A stretch of DNA of 64,000 nucleotides from contig CAXXGO010000006.1 of assembly GCA_963666835.2 (NCBI GenBank), positions 2,400,001-2,464,000 on the forward strand. Direction: 5' to 3'. Of the stretch, positions 8,632 to 17,404 are shown piece by piece. Every line of letters starts with the position of its first letter. The first letter of the stretch is position 1. Position numbers and translations under genes: made by a program. A model generated the notes under the pieces. It searched no databases. It was not told the origin of the DNA and worked only from the letters and a program-made list of their open reading frames with translations. This stretch comes from Phycisphaerae bacterium. GTDB lineage: Bacteria > Planctomycetota > Phycisphaerae > UBA1845.

Positions 8632-9948
8632 CTAACCGCCAAAGCCACGCCGGGAGCTGAGCCAATACACCGGGAGCCCGAGCAGGATCAGGATTCCGGA
8701 GGCGGCCGCGATTTGCGGCTTGTAGGTCACGGCGCTGTAGATCAAAAATGCGCACACGGCGCAGAACACGATTGTAGTAAGCGGGTAACCGGTCACGCGG
8801 TAGGGGCGGTCCGTGGCGGGCTCTTTGACCCGCAGGACGATCACGGCCAGGCTCGTGGCCAGATAGAACGAGTACACGGCCGCGGCGGTGTAGAGGATTG
8901 TGTCTATGAAGGAGCCGAGCGCGACGATCAGCACGACGGCGATTCCAGCTTGGAGCACTAACGCCCGGACCGGCGTTTCGGTGCGCCGGTTCCATCGCCC
9001 CAAAGCCCTGAACACGCGATGCTCGGTGCCTACCGCGTAGGAAATCCGGGCCCCGGCGAAGATCAGACCGCTCACCGCGCCCAAGGCCGAGACGCAGATC
9101 AGCGCGCTTATCAGACGTCCGCCCAGCTTCGGGAACATCGCCGATACTGCGTCCGTCGCCACCGCGTCGGATGTGGCTACGCCGGAATAGCCCAGTGTGT
9201 AGAGGAAGGCTCCGTTGGCCAGGACATACAGCACGGTGACCGCGGCCGTGCCGAGGACTAACGCGCGGACGATGTTCTGCTTCGGGTTGTGAACCTCGGC
9301 GGCGACGTAGGCCATTTCGTTCCAACCGCCGAACGTGAACAGTACGAGAATCAGCGCTACACTGGCGGGGAACGGTTCTACCGGACTGCCGGCGGTAGCG
9401 GTGGTTGGCGGTGGGGCGACTACTGCCACGATGATGACAGCCAGCAAACCGATCACTTTGGCAACGGTCAGTACGTTCTGCGTCCATTTGCCTTGTCGGA
9501 CGCCCACGATGTTGATCGCCGTCAGGACGACGACGGCTGAAGCGGCATAAAGCTGCTGAGTGAGGTTTAGTGATGAATCTGCGAACGGGTCATAGAGAGG
9601 CCGGGCGTAAGTGGCGAACGCGAATGCCATGACGGTAATGTCGCCCGGCCGGACGACGACGGTCTGGATCCAGCCGAACAAAAAGCCGGCGAGCCGGCCG
9701 TAGGCTCGGGTAAGATAGACGTAGTCGCCGCCCTCTTGCGGAAACGCGGTGGCCAGTTCGGCGTATCCCAACGCGCCGCAAAGGGAGAGCAGTCCGCCAA
9801 GGACCCAGATGGCCAATGCGCCTTCCCAGCACCCAACCCCGCGGGCAACGTCCGGAGCCGTCTGGTAAAGCCCGACGCCGACGATGATCCCCACGATCAG
9901 GCACGTGGAGTCGAAGAGCGTCAGTTCCTTTCTCAGGGGCGTCGGCAA
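8632..9948 (-). CDS. APC-family amino acid permease
   Basis: GIIVGVG, YAELATAFPQEGGDYVYL, FTFGGW..AEVHNP and RPYRV; about 12 hydrophobic segments. Confidence 0.92.
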   Translation of the reverse strand: MPTPLRKELTLFDSTCLIVGIIVGVGLYQTAPDVARGVGCWEGALAIWVLGGLLSLCGALGYAELATAFPQEGGDYVYLTRAYGRLAGFLFGWIQTVVVRPGDITVMAFAFATYARPLYDPFADSSLNLTQQLYAASAVVVLTAINIVGVRQGKWTQNVLTVAKVIGLLAVIIVAVVAPPPTTATAGSPVEPFPASVALILVLFTFGGWNEMAYVAAEVHNPKQNIVRALVLGTAAVTVLYVLANGAFLYTLGYSGVATSDAVATDAVSAMFPKLGGRLISALICVSALGAVSGLIFAGARISYAVGTEHRVFRALGRWNRRTETPVRALVLQAGIAVVLIVALGSFIDTILYTAAAVYSFYLATSLAVIVLRVKEPATDRPYRVTGYPLTTIVFCAVCAFLIYSAVTYKPQIAAASGILILLGLPVYWLSSRRGFGG

Positions 9949-9965
9949 GTTATCCTCGCAGCCTG

Positions 9966-10940
9966 CTATTTCGCCTTATAGACGACGAAGTACTGCTCCG
10001 GGAGGAAGTCAAACACCTGGGCGGGCTTCAACCCGGCTTCGGCCATATCGGCGTCAATCTGTTCTCTCGATACCTGTTGCTCAGGCGACGGCCCCCACGG
10101 TCGCTCTGACCATGGTTTCGGAGTGTAATCGATGATGACGATCCGTCCGCCGGGAGCAAGTCCGGCCCGCATCTTGTTGGCGTAGTCCGACCGGTCCTTG
10201 ACGTAATGGAGCGTGTCCACCATCAGAATCGTATCGACGCTGCCGGGTGAGAGCTGTGGGTCGTCCCGGGGCACTTTGACGAGTTTCACGTTGGTGATGT
10301 TCTCGGCTTTGAGCCGTTTCTCGATGTGATCGAGCATGGCCTGGACGACGTCAATTGCCAAAACGACCCCGCCGGGCTCAACGGCTTTGGCCGCGCGCAG
10401 GGTGAAGTAGCCGGAGCCCGCCCCAATGTCCGCCACGCGCTCGCCGGGTTTGAGGGCCAACGCGGCCATAACCTGATCGGGTTTCTGGAAATCCTCGCGT
10501 TCGTCGCGTTCCAGCATCGCGATATACCCGGGAGCCCAGATACGCCCGAGCAGTTCACGAAACCGGTCCTCTTTGCGGATGCTCTCGAAGTCCGGGTCCT
10601 TGAGGATCTGCTGCAGGTCCCAGAAACCGGCGTTCACGGCCCGTTCGAGCCAGGTGTATGCCTCCTCCTTGTGTCCGAGGCGACAGTGCAGGCAGGCGAG
10701 GTTGTAGAGGCAGTTGATGTGCCGGGGCTCGACGATCTCGTTCATCTTCTCGGCGATCTCGATCGCCTCGGCTATTCTTTCGCCCTTGTAGGCCTCTTCG
10801 AGCTGCTGATGTAGTTTCTCGTATTCGGTTATGGGTTCGTTCTGGGCGTGTGCCCTTAGCGCGGTCGGACCGGCAATCATCGCCGCCGTCAGCATCAGCA
10901 GACCCGCCTCGAGGCCTCGGTTTCGTTCTCTGTTCCGCAT
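9966..10940 (-). CDS. Signal-peptide-bearing TPR plus class I SAM-dependent methyltransferase
   Basis: Signal peptide ending AHA, TPR-like YNLAC...WLERAVNAG, and SAM motif VADIGAGSGYF. AGGAG RBS. Confidence 0.85.
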   Translation of the reverse strand: MRNRERNRGLEAGLLMLTAAMIAGPTALRAHAQNEPITEYEKLHQQLEEAYKGERIAEAIEIAEKMNEIVEPRHINCLYNLACLHCRLGHKEEAYTWLERAVNAGFWDLQQILKDPDFESIRKEDRFRELLGRIWAPGYIAMLERDEREDFQKPDQVMAALALKPGERVADIGAGSGYFTLRAAKAVEPGGVVLAIDVVQAMLDHIEKRLKAENITNVKLVKVPRDDPQLSPGSVDTILMVDTLHYVKDRSDYANKMRAGLAPGGRIVIIDYTPKPWSERPWGPSPEQQVSREQIDADMAEAGLKPAQVFDFLPEQYFVVYKAK

Positions 10941-11155
10941 ATCGTTCTCCTGTTGACGCGGCCGCTAAAGGCGACCGCAAGCGTCAACTTACGGAGTTAG
11001 ACTGCCTTGCGGCAAGCAGAGTGCTGTCGAATCCTGTATGAGCTTGTACGGCGGCGCTCGTCACGTTGAGACGATTGGCAGGTGGTTATGGGCTCGCGGC
11101 GAGTGGCATGGGTCAACTGGTTGCCCCGTGGAGCGTAAGAGGCGGGCGGGTGCCG

Positions 11156-11663
11156 GGTGGCCGGGGTTCTCTTGAGGCACGGGCATGGTCGAGGTACGAG
11201 ACCTGCCGCCAAGGCGTGCGTCGCGCAGAGGTTGCGGCAGGTCTCGTAGCTCGACCATGCCCTACGAGAGCCAATCTCGGTAGGGTCCGCTGTGCGGACC
11301 ACAGGGCCTCGGAAGTTGCATGGCCCGGCGGGGTGGTAAGGGCTCCCGTCGCGCCGGGGGTCGGCTTATCGTGTGACACCATGTAGGCATCGCGGCAGGT
11401 CTCGTACCTCGACCGTGCCCTACGAGGGCCAATTGCCAGGCTGCCTGTTGATCATCGGCTCCCCCACGTCCAGTGGGGACAGGGTCGGATGACCCGCCAG
11501 GATTCGGAGCACACGCCAAACTCAAAAGGACGTGGGCCACCCTGCCTAAACTCAAAAGGACGTGGGCTACCCTGTCGGTCCGCACAGCGGATCCCACGGA
11601 GGCTACTTTGTCCGTGCGTCACGCAGAGGTCGCGGCAGGTCTCGTGCCTCGACCGTGCCCTAC
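11156..11663. repeat. Mosaic cluster of palindromic REP-like elements (three sequence types)
   Basis: Type-1 core at about 11178-11207 (inverted), 11236-11265, 11394-11423 and 11634-11663. Type-2 GTAGGGTCCGCTGTGCGGACC at 11280-11300, with an inverted variant at about 11577-11597. A 30-bp direct duplication AAACTCAAAAGGACGTGGGC(C/T)ACCCTG at 11518-11574. Confidence 0.85.
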
Positions 11664-11674
11664 CGGCTTACGCG

Positions 11675-11986
11675 TCATACCTCCTCGACGAAGATCACGC
11701 GGACCAGGTCTGTGAGGGTGCGGCCCATGTGTTTGTCTTTCGGGCCGGAGGGAATGAAGACGCCGTCGCCGGGACCGTAGTTGACCACCTCGTTTTCGTA
11801 GCGGATCTCGAATCGTCCTTCCAAGACCATGCCGATGTGGCCCTTCTCGCACCAGTGGGGCTCCATCTCACCGGTGTACTCGACCATCCGTAACTGCTTC
11901 CCGTCGTGTCGGTGGGCCTTGAAACGCAGGCCCGGCATCGGCGATTGCCACTCGATCGAATCGAAATCTACCAGGTATTGACTCAT
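11675..11986 (-). CDS. Cupin-domain protein
   Basis: HWCEKGHIGMVLEG...GPGDGVFIP...H. The ATG at 11986 overlaps the upstream stop (ATGA). Confidence 0.8.
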   Translation of the reverse strand: MSQYLVDFDSIEWQSPMPGLRFKAHRHDGKQLRMVEYTGEMEPHWCEKGHIGMVLEGRFEIRYENEVVNYGPGDGVFIPSGPKDKHMGRTLTDLVRVIFVEEV

Positions 11987-13563
11987 CGTTGTTCTTCCTT
12001 TTCTTGGGGAGGTTTTGCATTTTTGAGAACCAGGGCGCCGGTCGGACACGCCTCGACGCACTGCCGGGCGGTCTTAGCCAACGCCTCGGCCATCGACTTG
12101 TTGAGCGGCACGCCGACCCGGACGTCGAATCCGCGGCCGATGAATGTGAGCCCGATGTCCTCGCCGGCTTCCGCCGCGATCCGCACGCACAATCCGCAGA
12201 GGATGCACTTGCCCGGTTCGTAGATGACGTCGCCGTGTTGAGCGTGCCGTTGCAGCTTCTGCCGGTATCCGGAGAACCGCTTCCCCTTCACGCCATAGGC
12301 CTCGGCGTAACGCCGCAGCCGGCAGTCGTTCGGTTTGCCGCAGTCACAGTGCAGGCACCGGGCCGCCTCGGTGCGGGCTTGTTCTTCCGTAAGATCTTGG
12401 CCTTCAGCCGCCCGGCCGCTACGGTTGGATCCGGCGGCAAGTTGCTCGATTTCCTCTTCCGCCAGACGCCCGGCCCGCACGTTGTATATTGCCCGAGAGC
12501 CCGTCACGGGATCGCCCCGCAGGTATTGGCAGATGCTCGCTACGGCGGCTTTTGCGTCGGCCAGGGTACGGATCACCAGCTTGCTGCTGTGTCGAATTTC
12601 CCCGGCCGCGAAGACTCCGGGCTGGTCGGTCTCGTGATTCTCAGCGTTTACCGTGACGCCGACGCCAACCGGCGCGCCTGCGCTTCCATCCTCATCTGGT
12701 TTCGGCGCGCCGGTGGCAATCAGAACGGCGTCGTATTCAGCTCGCAGATCTGCAAGTTGCTTCTTCCCGTTGACCTCCGTATTCAAATGGAAGACCGCAC
12801 CCATTCGCTCGATTACGGCGATCTCGGCGTCCACCACCGACTGAGGCAGTTCGTCGGCGTCGAACCGAGTTCGGAGCGTGCCGCCCGGTTCATTCCGGCG
12901 ATCAAACAAGGTACAGTCATGCCCTTCCTGGAGCAAGTGATAAGCGGCCGTCAGACCCGCCGGACCTGCTCCGACGATTGCTATCTTCTTACCGCTACTC
13001 GGCTTACACGGCGGCAGGTAGGGCGACGCCGACGCCAGATCCAGGTCGGCCACGAGTCTCTTGATCAGGCAGATCGCCGGGGCCGAGTCGAGATGGCTGC
13101 GGTGGCAAGCGCGCTCGCACGGCTCCGGGCAGATTCGCCCAAGCACCGCTGGTAGGGCGATGTCCCGCTTGACGGTGACGATAGCCTCATCGAACCGGCC
13201 GGCGGCCACCTGGCGGAGCATTAACGGGATGTCCAGATGGGCCGGGCAGGTGCTCTGGCAGGGGGCTACGCAGTCGCCGACGTGATTGCTCAGCAGCAGC
13301 TCCAAACCGATCTTGCGGATCCGGCGGATCTCGGCGGTCTCGCTCTCGATTCTCATGCCCTCTTCGGCTTTGGTTGCGCAGGACGGCACGAGTCGATCCG
13401 ATCCTTCCGCACGAACCACGCAGAGCATGCAGGCCGTGGCCGGGGGGTGTCCGGGGCGATAGCAGAGCGCGGGTATGTCCACGCCGAGCTGCCGCGCCGC
13501 GTCCAACACAGTGCCACCTTCGGGCACTTCTACCTCTCGACCGTCAATGTGCAGGCGGGGCAT
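11983..13563 (-). CDS. 2Fe-2S / GltD-like Fe-S flavoprotein with a C-terminal ferredoxin domain (NuoG/HydA N-terminal-like, no catalytic domain)
   Basis: IPALC...CMLCVV...SC 2Fe-2S; APCQSTCP...GRICPEPCERAC; GAGPAG FAD motif; RCLHCDC, CILCGLC and CVEACPTGAL. Confidence 0.85.
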   Translation of the reverse strand: MPRLHIDGREVEVPEGGTVLDAARQLGVDIPALCYRPGHPPATACMLCVVRAEGSDRLVPSCATKAEEGMRIESETAEIRRIRKIGLELLLSNHVGDCVAPCQSTCPAHLDIPLMLRQVAAGRFDEAIVTVKRDIALPAVLGRICPEPCERACHRSHLDSAPAICLIKRLVADLDLASASPYLPPCKPSSGKKIAIVGAGPAGLTAAYHLLQEGHDCTLFDRRNEPGGTLRTRFDADELPQSVVDAEIAVIERMGAVFHLNTEVNGKKQLADLRAEYDAVLIATGAPKPDEDGSAGAPVGVGVTVNAENHETDQPGVFAAGEIRHSSKLVIRTLADAKAAVASICQYLRGDPVTGSRAIYNVRAGRLAEEEIEQLAAGSNRSGRAAEGQDLTEEQARTEAARCLHCDCGKPNDCRLRRYAEAYGVKGKRFSGYRQKLQRHAQHGDVIYEPGKCILCGLCVRIAAEAGEDIGLTFIGRGFDVRVGVPLNKSMAEALAKTARQCVEACPTGALVLKNAKPPQEKEEQR

Positions 13564-13634
13564 TCAGGTTGAACTCCGGTTTCGCTTGCTATTGGCCGTT
13601 CGGGTCATTGTCCGCCGTCTCCAATCCTCTGGAA

Positions 13635-16439
13635 TCAGACCACCTCAATGGCGTCTTCCGGACACTTCGTTCTGCAGATGTCACACCGCGTGCATTTCTC
13701 GGCGTCGATTTCGTGTTTCCGGTATGGGGTGAAACCGATGGCATCGTCCGGACAGTGCTGCGCGCACAACGTACAACCGGTGCAAGCGTCCGTTACGCGG
13801 TACGTGATCAGAGCCTTGCACTTGCCGGCGGGGCAGCGGCCGTCGAGATGTGCTTCGTACTCCTCGCGGAAGTACCGCAGGGTGGAGAGCACCGGGTTCG
13901 GCGCGGTCTTGCCCAATCCGCAGAGGCTTGCTTTCTTGATGGCGTGGGCGAGTTCTTCGAGCGTGTCCAGGTCGCTCGGATGCCCACGGCCCTCGCAGAT
14001 GCGGTTCAGGATGTCCAACATACGGCGCGTGCCGATTCGGCAGTACGTACACTTGCCGCACGAGTGGTCTTGGGTGAAGGCCAGGAAGTACCGGGCGATG
14101 TCAACCATGCAGTCGGTATCGTCGAGCACCACGAGCCCGCCGGACCCCATGATCGCCCCGACCTCGGCCAGGGCTTCGTAATCCACTGGCGTATCGGCCA
14201 GGAATGCCGGCACGCATCCGCCCGAGGGCCCGCCGATCTGGACGGCCTTGAACTGGCGATCGTCCTTGATGCCTCCGCCAATCTCCTCGACGATCCGGCG
14301 GACGGTAACGCCCATGGGCACTTCGATCAGCCCGCCGCGTTTGACCTTGCCGGCTAGGGCGAAAACTTTCGTGCCTTTGCTCTTGTCCGTGCCGAGTGCA
14401 GCGAAGGAGTCGGCTCCGTGGCGGATAATCCACGGCAGGGTGGTGTAAGTTTCGACGTTGTTGACCAGGGTGGGTTTGTTGCGCAGGCCCTGATCGGCCG
14501 GGAAGGGTGGCCGCAGCCTCGGCGAACCGCGCTTGCCTTCGATGGACGCGAGTAGAGCGGTTTCCTCTCCGCACACGAACGCCCCGGCGCCCTCCATAAT
14601 ATTGAGCCGCAGACTCAACCCGGTTCCGAGGATGTTGTCGCCGAGATACCCGCGCTGTTCACACTCGTGAATCGCCCCGCGGATTCGTTCCACGGCCAGC
14701 GGGTACTCGGCCCGGATGTAAAGGTAGCCCTCGCGGGCTCCAACGGCGAAGGCTGCTATGGCGATCCCCTCGATAACTCGAAACGGGAATGATTCCATCA
14801 ACATCCGGTCCATGAACGCCCCGGGGTCGCCCTCGTCGCCGTTGCAGATGATGTACTTCAGTTCGCCCTTCGCTTCGCGCACCCGCGACCATTTCAACCC
14901 GGTGGGGAATCCGGCGCCGCCGCGTCCGCGCAGCCCGCTTCGGGATACTTCGGCGATGACGTCTTCCGGTGACATGTCATTGACGCAATGCGCGAGAGCT
15001 TTGAACCCGTCGTTTCTCAAATACTCGTCAAGATCCGTCGGGTCGATCTGCCCGCAATGTTCCGTGGCGATGTGTTTCTGAGGACCGAGAAACGCCGCAA
15101 CCGGGGGGTCGCGAAGTTCGATAGCTCTTTCAGTGATCGGTGTCGCTTGCCCGTCCCGGCGGACCTTCTGAGCTACGGTCGTCAACGCGGCCGTGATCCG
15201 TCGGCGGGTACCGGTTGGGCGAAAATGTCGGAGGACGATTGCCGCGGCGTTTTCCGGACCGACTCCCGCATACAACGCGGCCGGCTTCCCCGGGATCACC
15301 GTCTCGACTAAGGGCGTCTGATGACACATTCCCACGCAACCGACGCGTTTGATGTGGACCCTCGATCCCGTGGCCGCAACCGCTTGTTCGAGTGCTTGAT
15401 GAACCTTGCCGCTGCCGCCGGCCACGCAACACGAGCCCAGCCCGATCCGGATCTCTCCGAGCAGGGGGGCGGTCTCGCGGTCCTCCGAAGGAAGAGGCGG
15501 ACGGGGACGACAAACATCGCCGTCGGCGGCAGCGCGGGCGGCGTCCAAAGCGTCCGGCACGGCATCGGGGGACAGGTGGCCGAACGTGGCGTCGTCGATC
15601 TGGGCGACCGGAGCCAGCGTGCAGCACCCCATGCACGCCACCTGCTCAACGGTAAACTCCCCGGTCGGATCCGTGTCAGTATCGGCAGCAATGCCCAACT
15701 CGCGACGCAGCTCGTCCGTGATGGCCTGGGCCCCGGCGACATGACAAGCAGTTCCATGGCACACCTTGACGATGTGCCGGCCCACCGGCGAATGCCGAAA
15801 CTGGGTGTAGAACGACGCGACCCCGGCGATCCGCGCCGGAGTGATCTCGGTGAGGGCGCAAATACGGGCGATGGCGTCCGGGTGCAAGTAACGGTAATGA
15901 TCCTGCACGGCCTGCAGGATGGGGATCGTCGCCTCGGGCGATCGCCCGAACCGGCTGATGACCTCGTCGACAAACCCCAAGTCGATTGCCTGGGCCTTGC
16001 AGGCATCGCACGGTTTGTGTGCCTCGGCCGGGCCGGTGGTTCGCCTCCGGCGCGTGGAGGCACGTTTCTCCCAGATGGCTCGGTGGGCGGCGATGGCCTT
16101 TGCGGTTGGAACCCGTCGGCCACCCAACCGGACCGACCACTTGGCGCCAATCAGCAAAAGCACGGCCGATATGACCAGGACGCGGGTCTCCTTGGCGACA
16201 CGCTTGTCTCGTTCGAGGGAGGCTTCCGTCTGGCGGTCCCACTCGGCCACTAACGCGGCGGATTGGGAGTCGTCTTCTCGGGCAAGTTCGGTTAGCTCGT
16301 CGATCCGCTGTTTCTCCGCTGCGATTCGGCCGACGGCGGCGGAATAGCCGACGATCATCACGCCGATGGTCGCGAAGGTGGCGATTGCTGCCGCCCCGGC
16401 CAGCAGGCGAGCGATAAGCCGTTGGGTGTCGCGACTCAT
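13635..16439 (-). CDS. Membrane-anchored NuoE-thioredoxin-like 2Fe-2S-NuoF-2x[4Fe-4S] fusion (HydC/HydB-like NADH oxidoreductase)
   Basis: Two N-terminal hydrophobic helices; VCHGTAC...CMGCC; GSCC...GCVGMC; GRGGAGFP, NGDEGDPGAFMD, CGEETAL, GGPSGGC, SCGKCTYCR; CTGCTLC..CP and CTRCDIC..CP. Confidence 0.92.
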   Translation of the reverse strand: MSRDTQRLIARLLAGAAAIATFATIGVMIVGYSAAVGRIAAEKQRIDELTELAREDDSQSAALVAEWDRQTEASLERDKRVAKETRVLVISAVLLLIGAKWSVRLGGRRVPTAKAIAAHRAIWEKRASTRRRRTTGPAEAHKPCDACKAQAIDLGFVDEVISRFGRSPEATIPILQAVQDHYRYLHPDAIARICALTEITPARIAGVASFYTQFRHSPVGRHIVKVCHGTACHVAGAQAITDELRRELGIAADTDTDPTGEFTVEQVACMGCCTLAPVAQIDDATFGHLSPDAVPDALDAARAAADGDVCRPRPPLPSEDRETAPLLGEIRIGLGSCCVAGGSGKVHQALEQAVAATGSRVHIKRVGCVGMCHQTPLVETVIPGKPAALYAGVGPENAAAIVLRHFRPTGTRRRITAALTTVAQKVRRDGQATPITERAIELRDPPVAAFLGPQKHIATEHCGQIDPTDLDEYLRNDGFKALAHCVNDMSPEDVIAEVSRSGLRGRGGAGFPTGLKWSRVREAKGELKYIICNGDEGDPGAFMDRMLMESFPFRVIEGIAIAAFAVGAREGYLYIRAEYPLAVERIRGAIHECEQRGYLGDNILGTGLSLRLNIMEGAGAFVCGEETALLASIEGKRGSPRLRPPFPADQGLRNKPTLVNNVETYTTLPWIIRHGADSFAALGTDKSKGTKVFALAGKVKRGGLIEVPMGVTVRRIVEEIGGGIKDDRQFKAVQIGGPSGGCVPAFLADTPVDYEALAEVGAIMGSGGLVVLDDTDCMVDIARYFLAFTQDHSCGKCTYCRIGTRRMLDILNRICEGRGHPSDLDTLEELAHAIKKASLCGLGKTAPNPVLSTLRYFREEYEAHLDGRCPAGKCKALITYRVTDACTGCTLCAQHCPDDAIGFTPYRKHEIDAEKCTRCDICRTKCPEDAIEVV

Positions 16440-17404
16440 ACGCCACCTCGGTCCGGCTGGGGCACCGTGGAGGGCAGGTTGATCGGCTCACGGGGGCACG
16501 AGGCAAAGCAGCGGGCACAGTAAAGGCACGATGACGGCACCGCCCGCATTTGCTCGATGGCGCCAAGAGGGCACGATTCAACGCAGAGGCCGCAGTCCAA
16601 CTCCTTGTCCGGGGTGATGGTTACGCCCTTCCACGAAAAACGTGCGAGAATCGCCAGGATCGCTCCGTATGGACAAAGATACCGACAGTACGGCCGGCCC
16701 ACGAACAGACCGAGCGCGAGCAGCCCCCCTCCGACGAGCATCATGTTGCCCGGGCCCGCAAACCGGAAGAAACCTACAAACGGGTCGAACCGGCAGATGA
16801 TGAACTCGCGATCGACCGCCGGGGCGACGGCATACCACACGGCCAGGATCAGGTAAGCATACTTCAACGTCCCGAGAGCCTTGTCCAACCGGCGTGGAAC
16901 CTGCACCGGTTTGAGCAGCACCAAATCCTGGATCGCTCCGAGCGGACACACTCCGCCGCAGAACACGCGCCCGATCAGCAAAGCCGCAATGAGCGGCAGA
17001 AAGAAGAACACCAGCACGACGAACGGGACCGTGTAACTTGCGTCCGTAAGGGCCACCGTGACGTTTTGGATAGCGCCAATCGGGCACACGCAACCCTCTC
17101 GATAGAACCCGAAGTACAGCAGGCAGCCGACGGTCAGGACTACGAGCCAGTTGCGGCTGCGGCGGCCGAGCACTATCCAGGCCGAGAGCCCCATCGCCAG
17201 GGCCAAGAGCAGAGCGTCCACGGCGCTCCACCAAGCCGCCTTAGGCTGCGGATGCTGCACCGGGGGCGTTACATATCCGTTGCCGATGTCGGCATCCGGC
17301 GGAACGACGTCCACCTCTCGCGTATACTCGGCGCCGAACGAGCCGATCGGAGTTATGAAGGAGATTGCGAGAATGAGCAAGACCGCCAGAGATACCTGTT
17401 TCAC
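16436..17404 (-). CDS. Membrane 4Fe-4S-binding protein (NapH/MauN/RdxA-like)
   Basis: About 5 TM helices after an N-terminal hydrophobic leader; CVCPIG, FCGGVCPLG, YCRYLCPYG and C-terminal ferredoxin motifs. Confidence 0.85.
   Translation of the reverse strand: MKQVSLAVLLILAISFITPIGSFGAEYTREVDVVPPDADIGNGYVTPPVQHPQPKAAWWSAVDALLLALAMGLSAWIVLGRRSRNWLVVLTVGCLLYFGFYREGCVCPIGAIQNVTVALTDASYTVPFVVLVFFFLPLIAALLIGRVFCGGVCPLGAIQDLVLLKPVQVPRRLDKALGTLKYAYLILAVWYAVAPAVDREFIICRFDPFVGFFRFAGPGNMMLVGGGLLALGLFVGRPYCRYLCPYGAILAILARFSWKGVTITPDKELDCGLCVESCPLGAIEQMRAVPSSCLYCARCFASCPREPINLPSTVPQPDRGGV

Noticed and set aside
13635..16439. Respiratory complex I (nuoEF) or [FeFe]-hydrogenase operon
   Set aside because: There are no other nuo genes and no H-cluster motifs in the partner protein.
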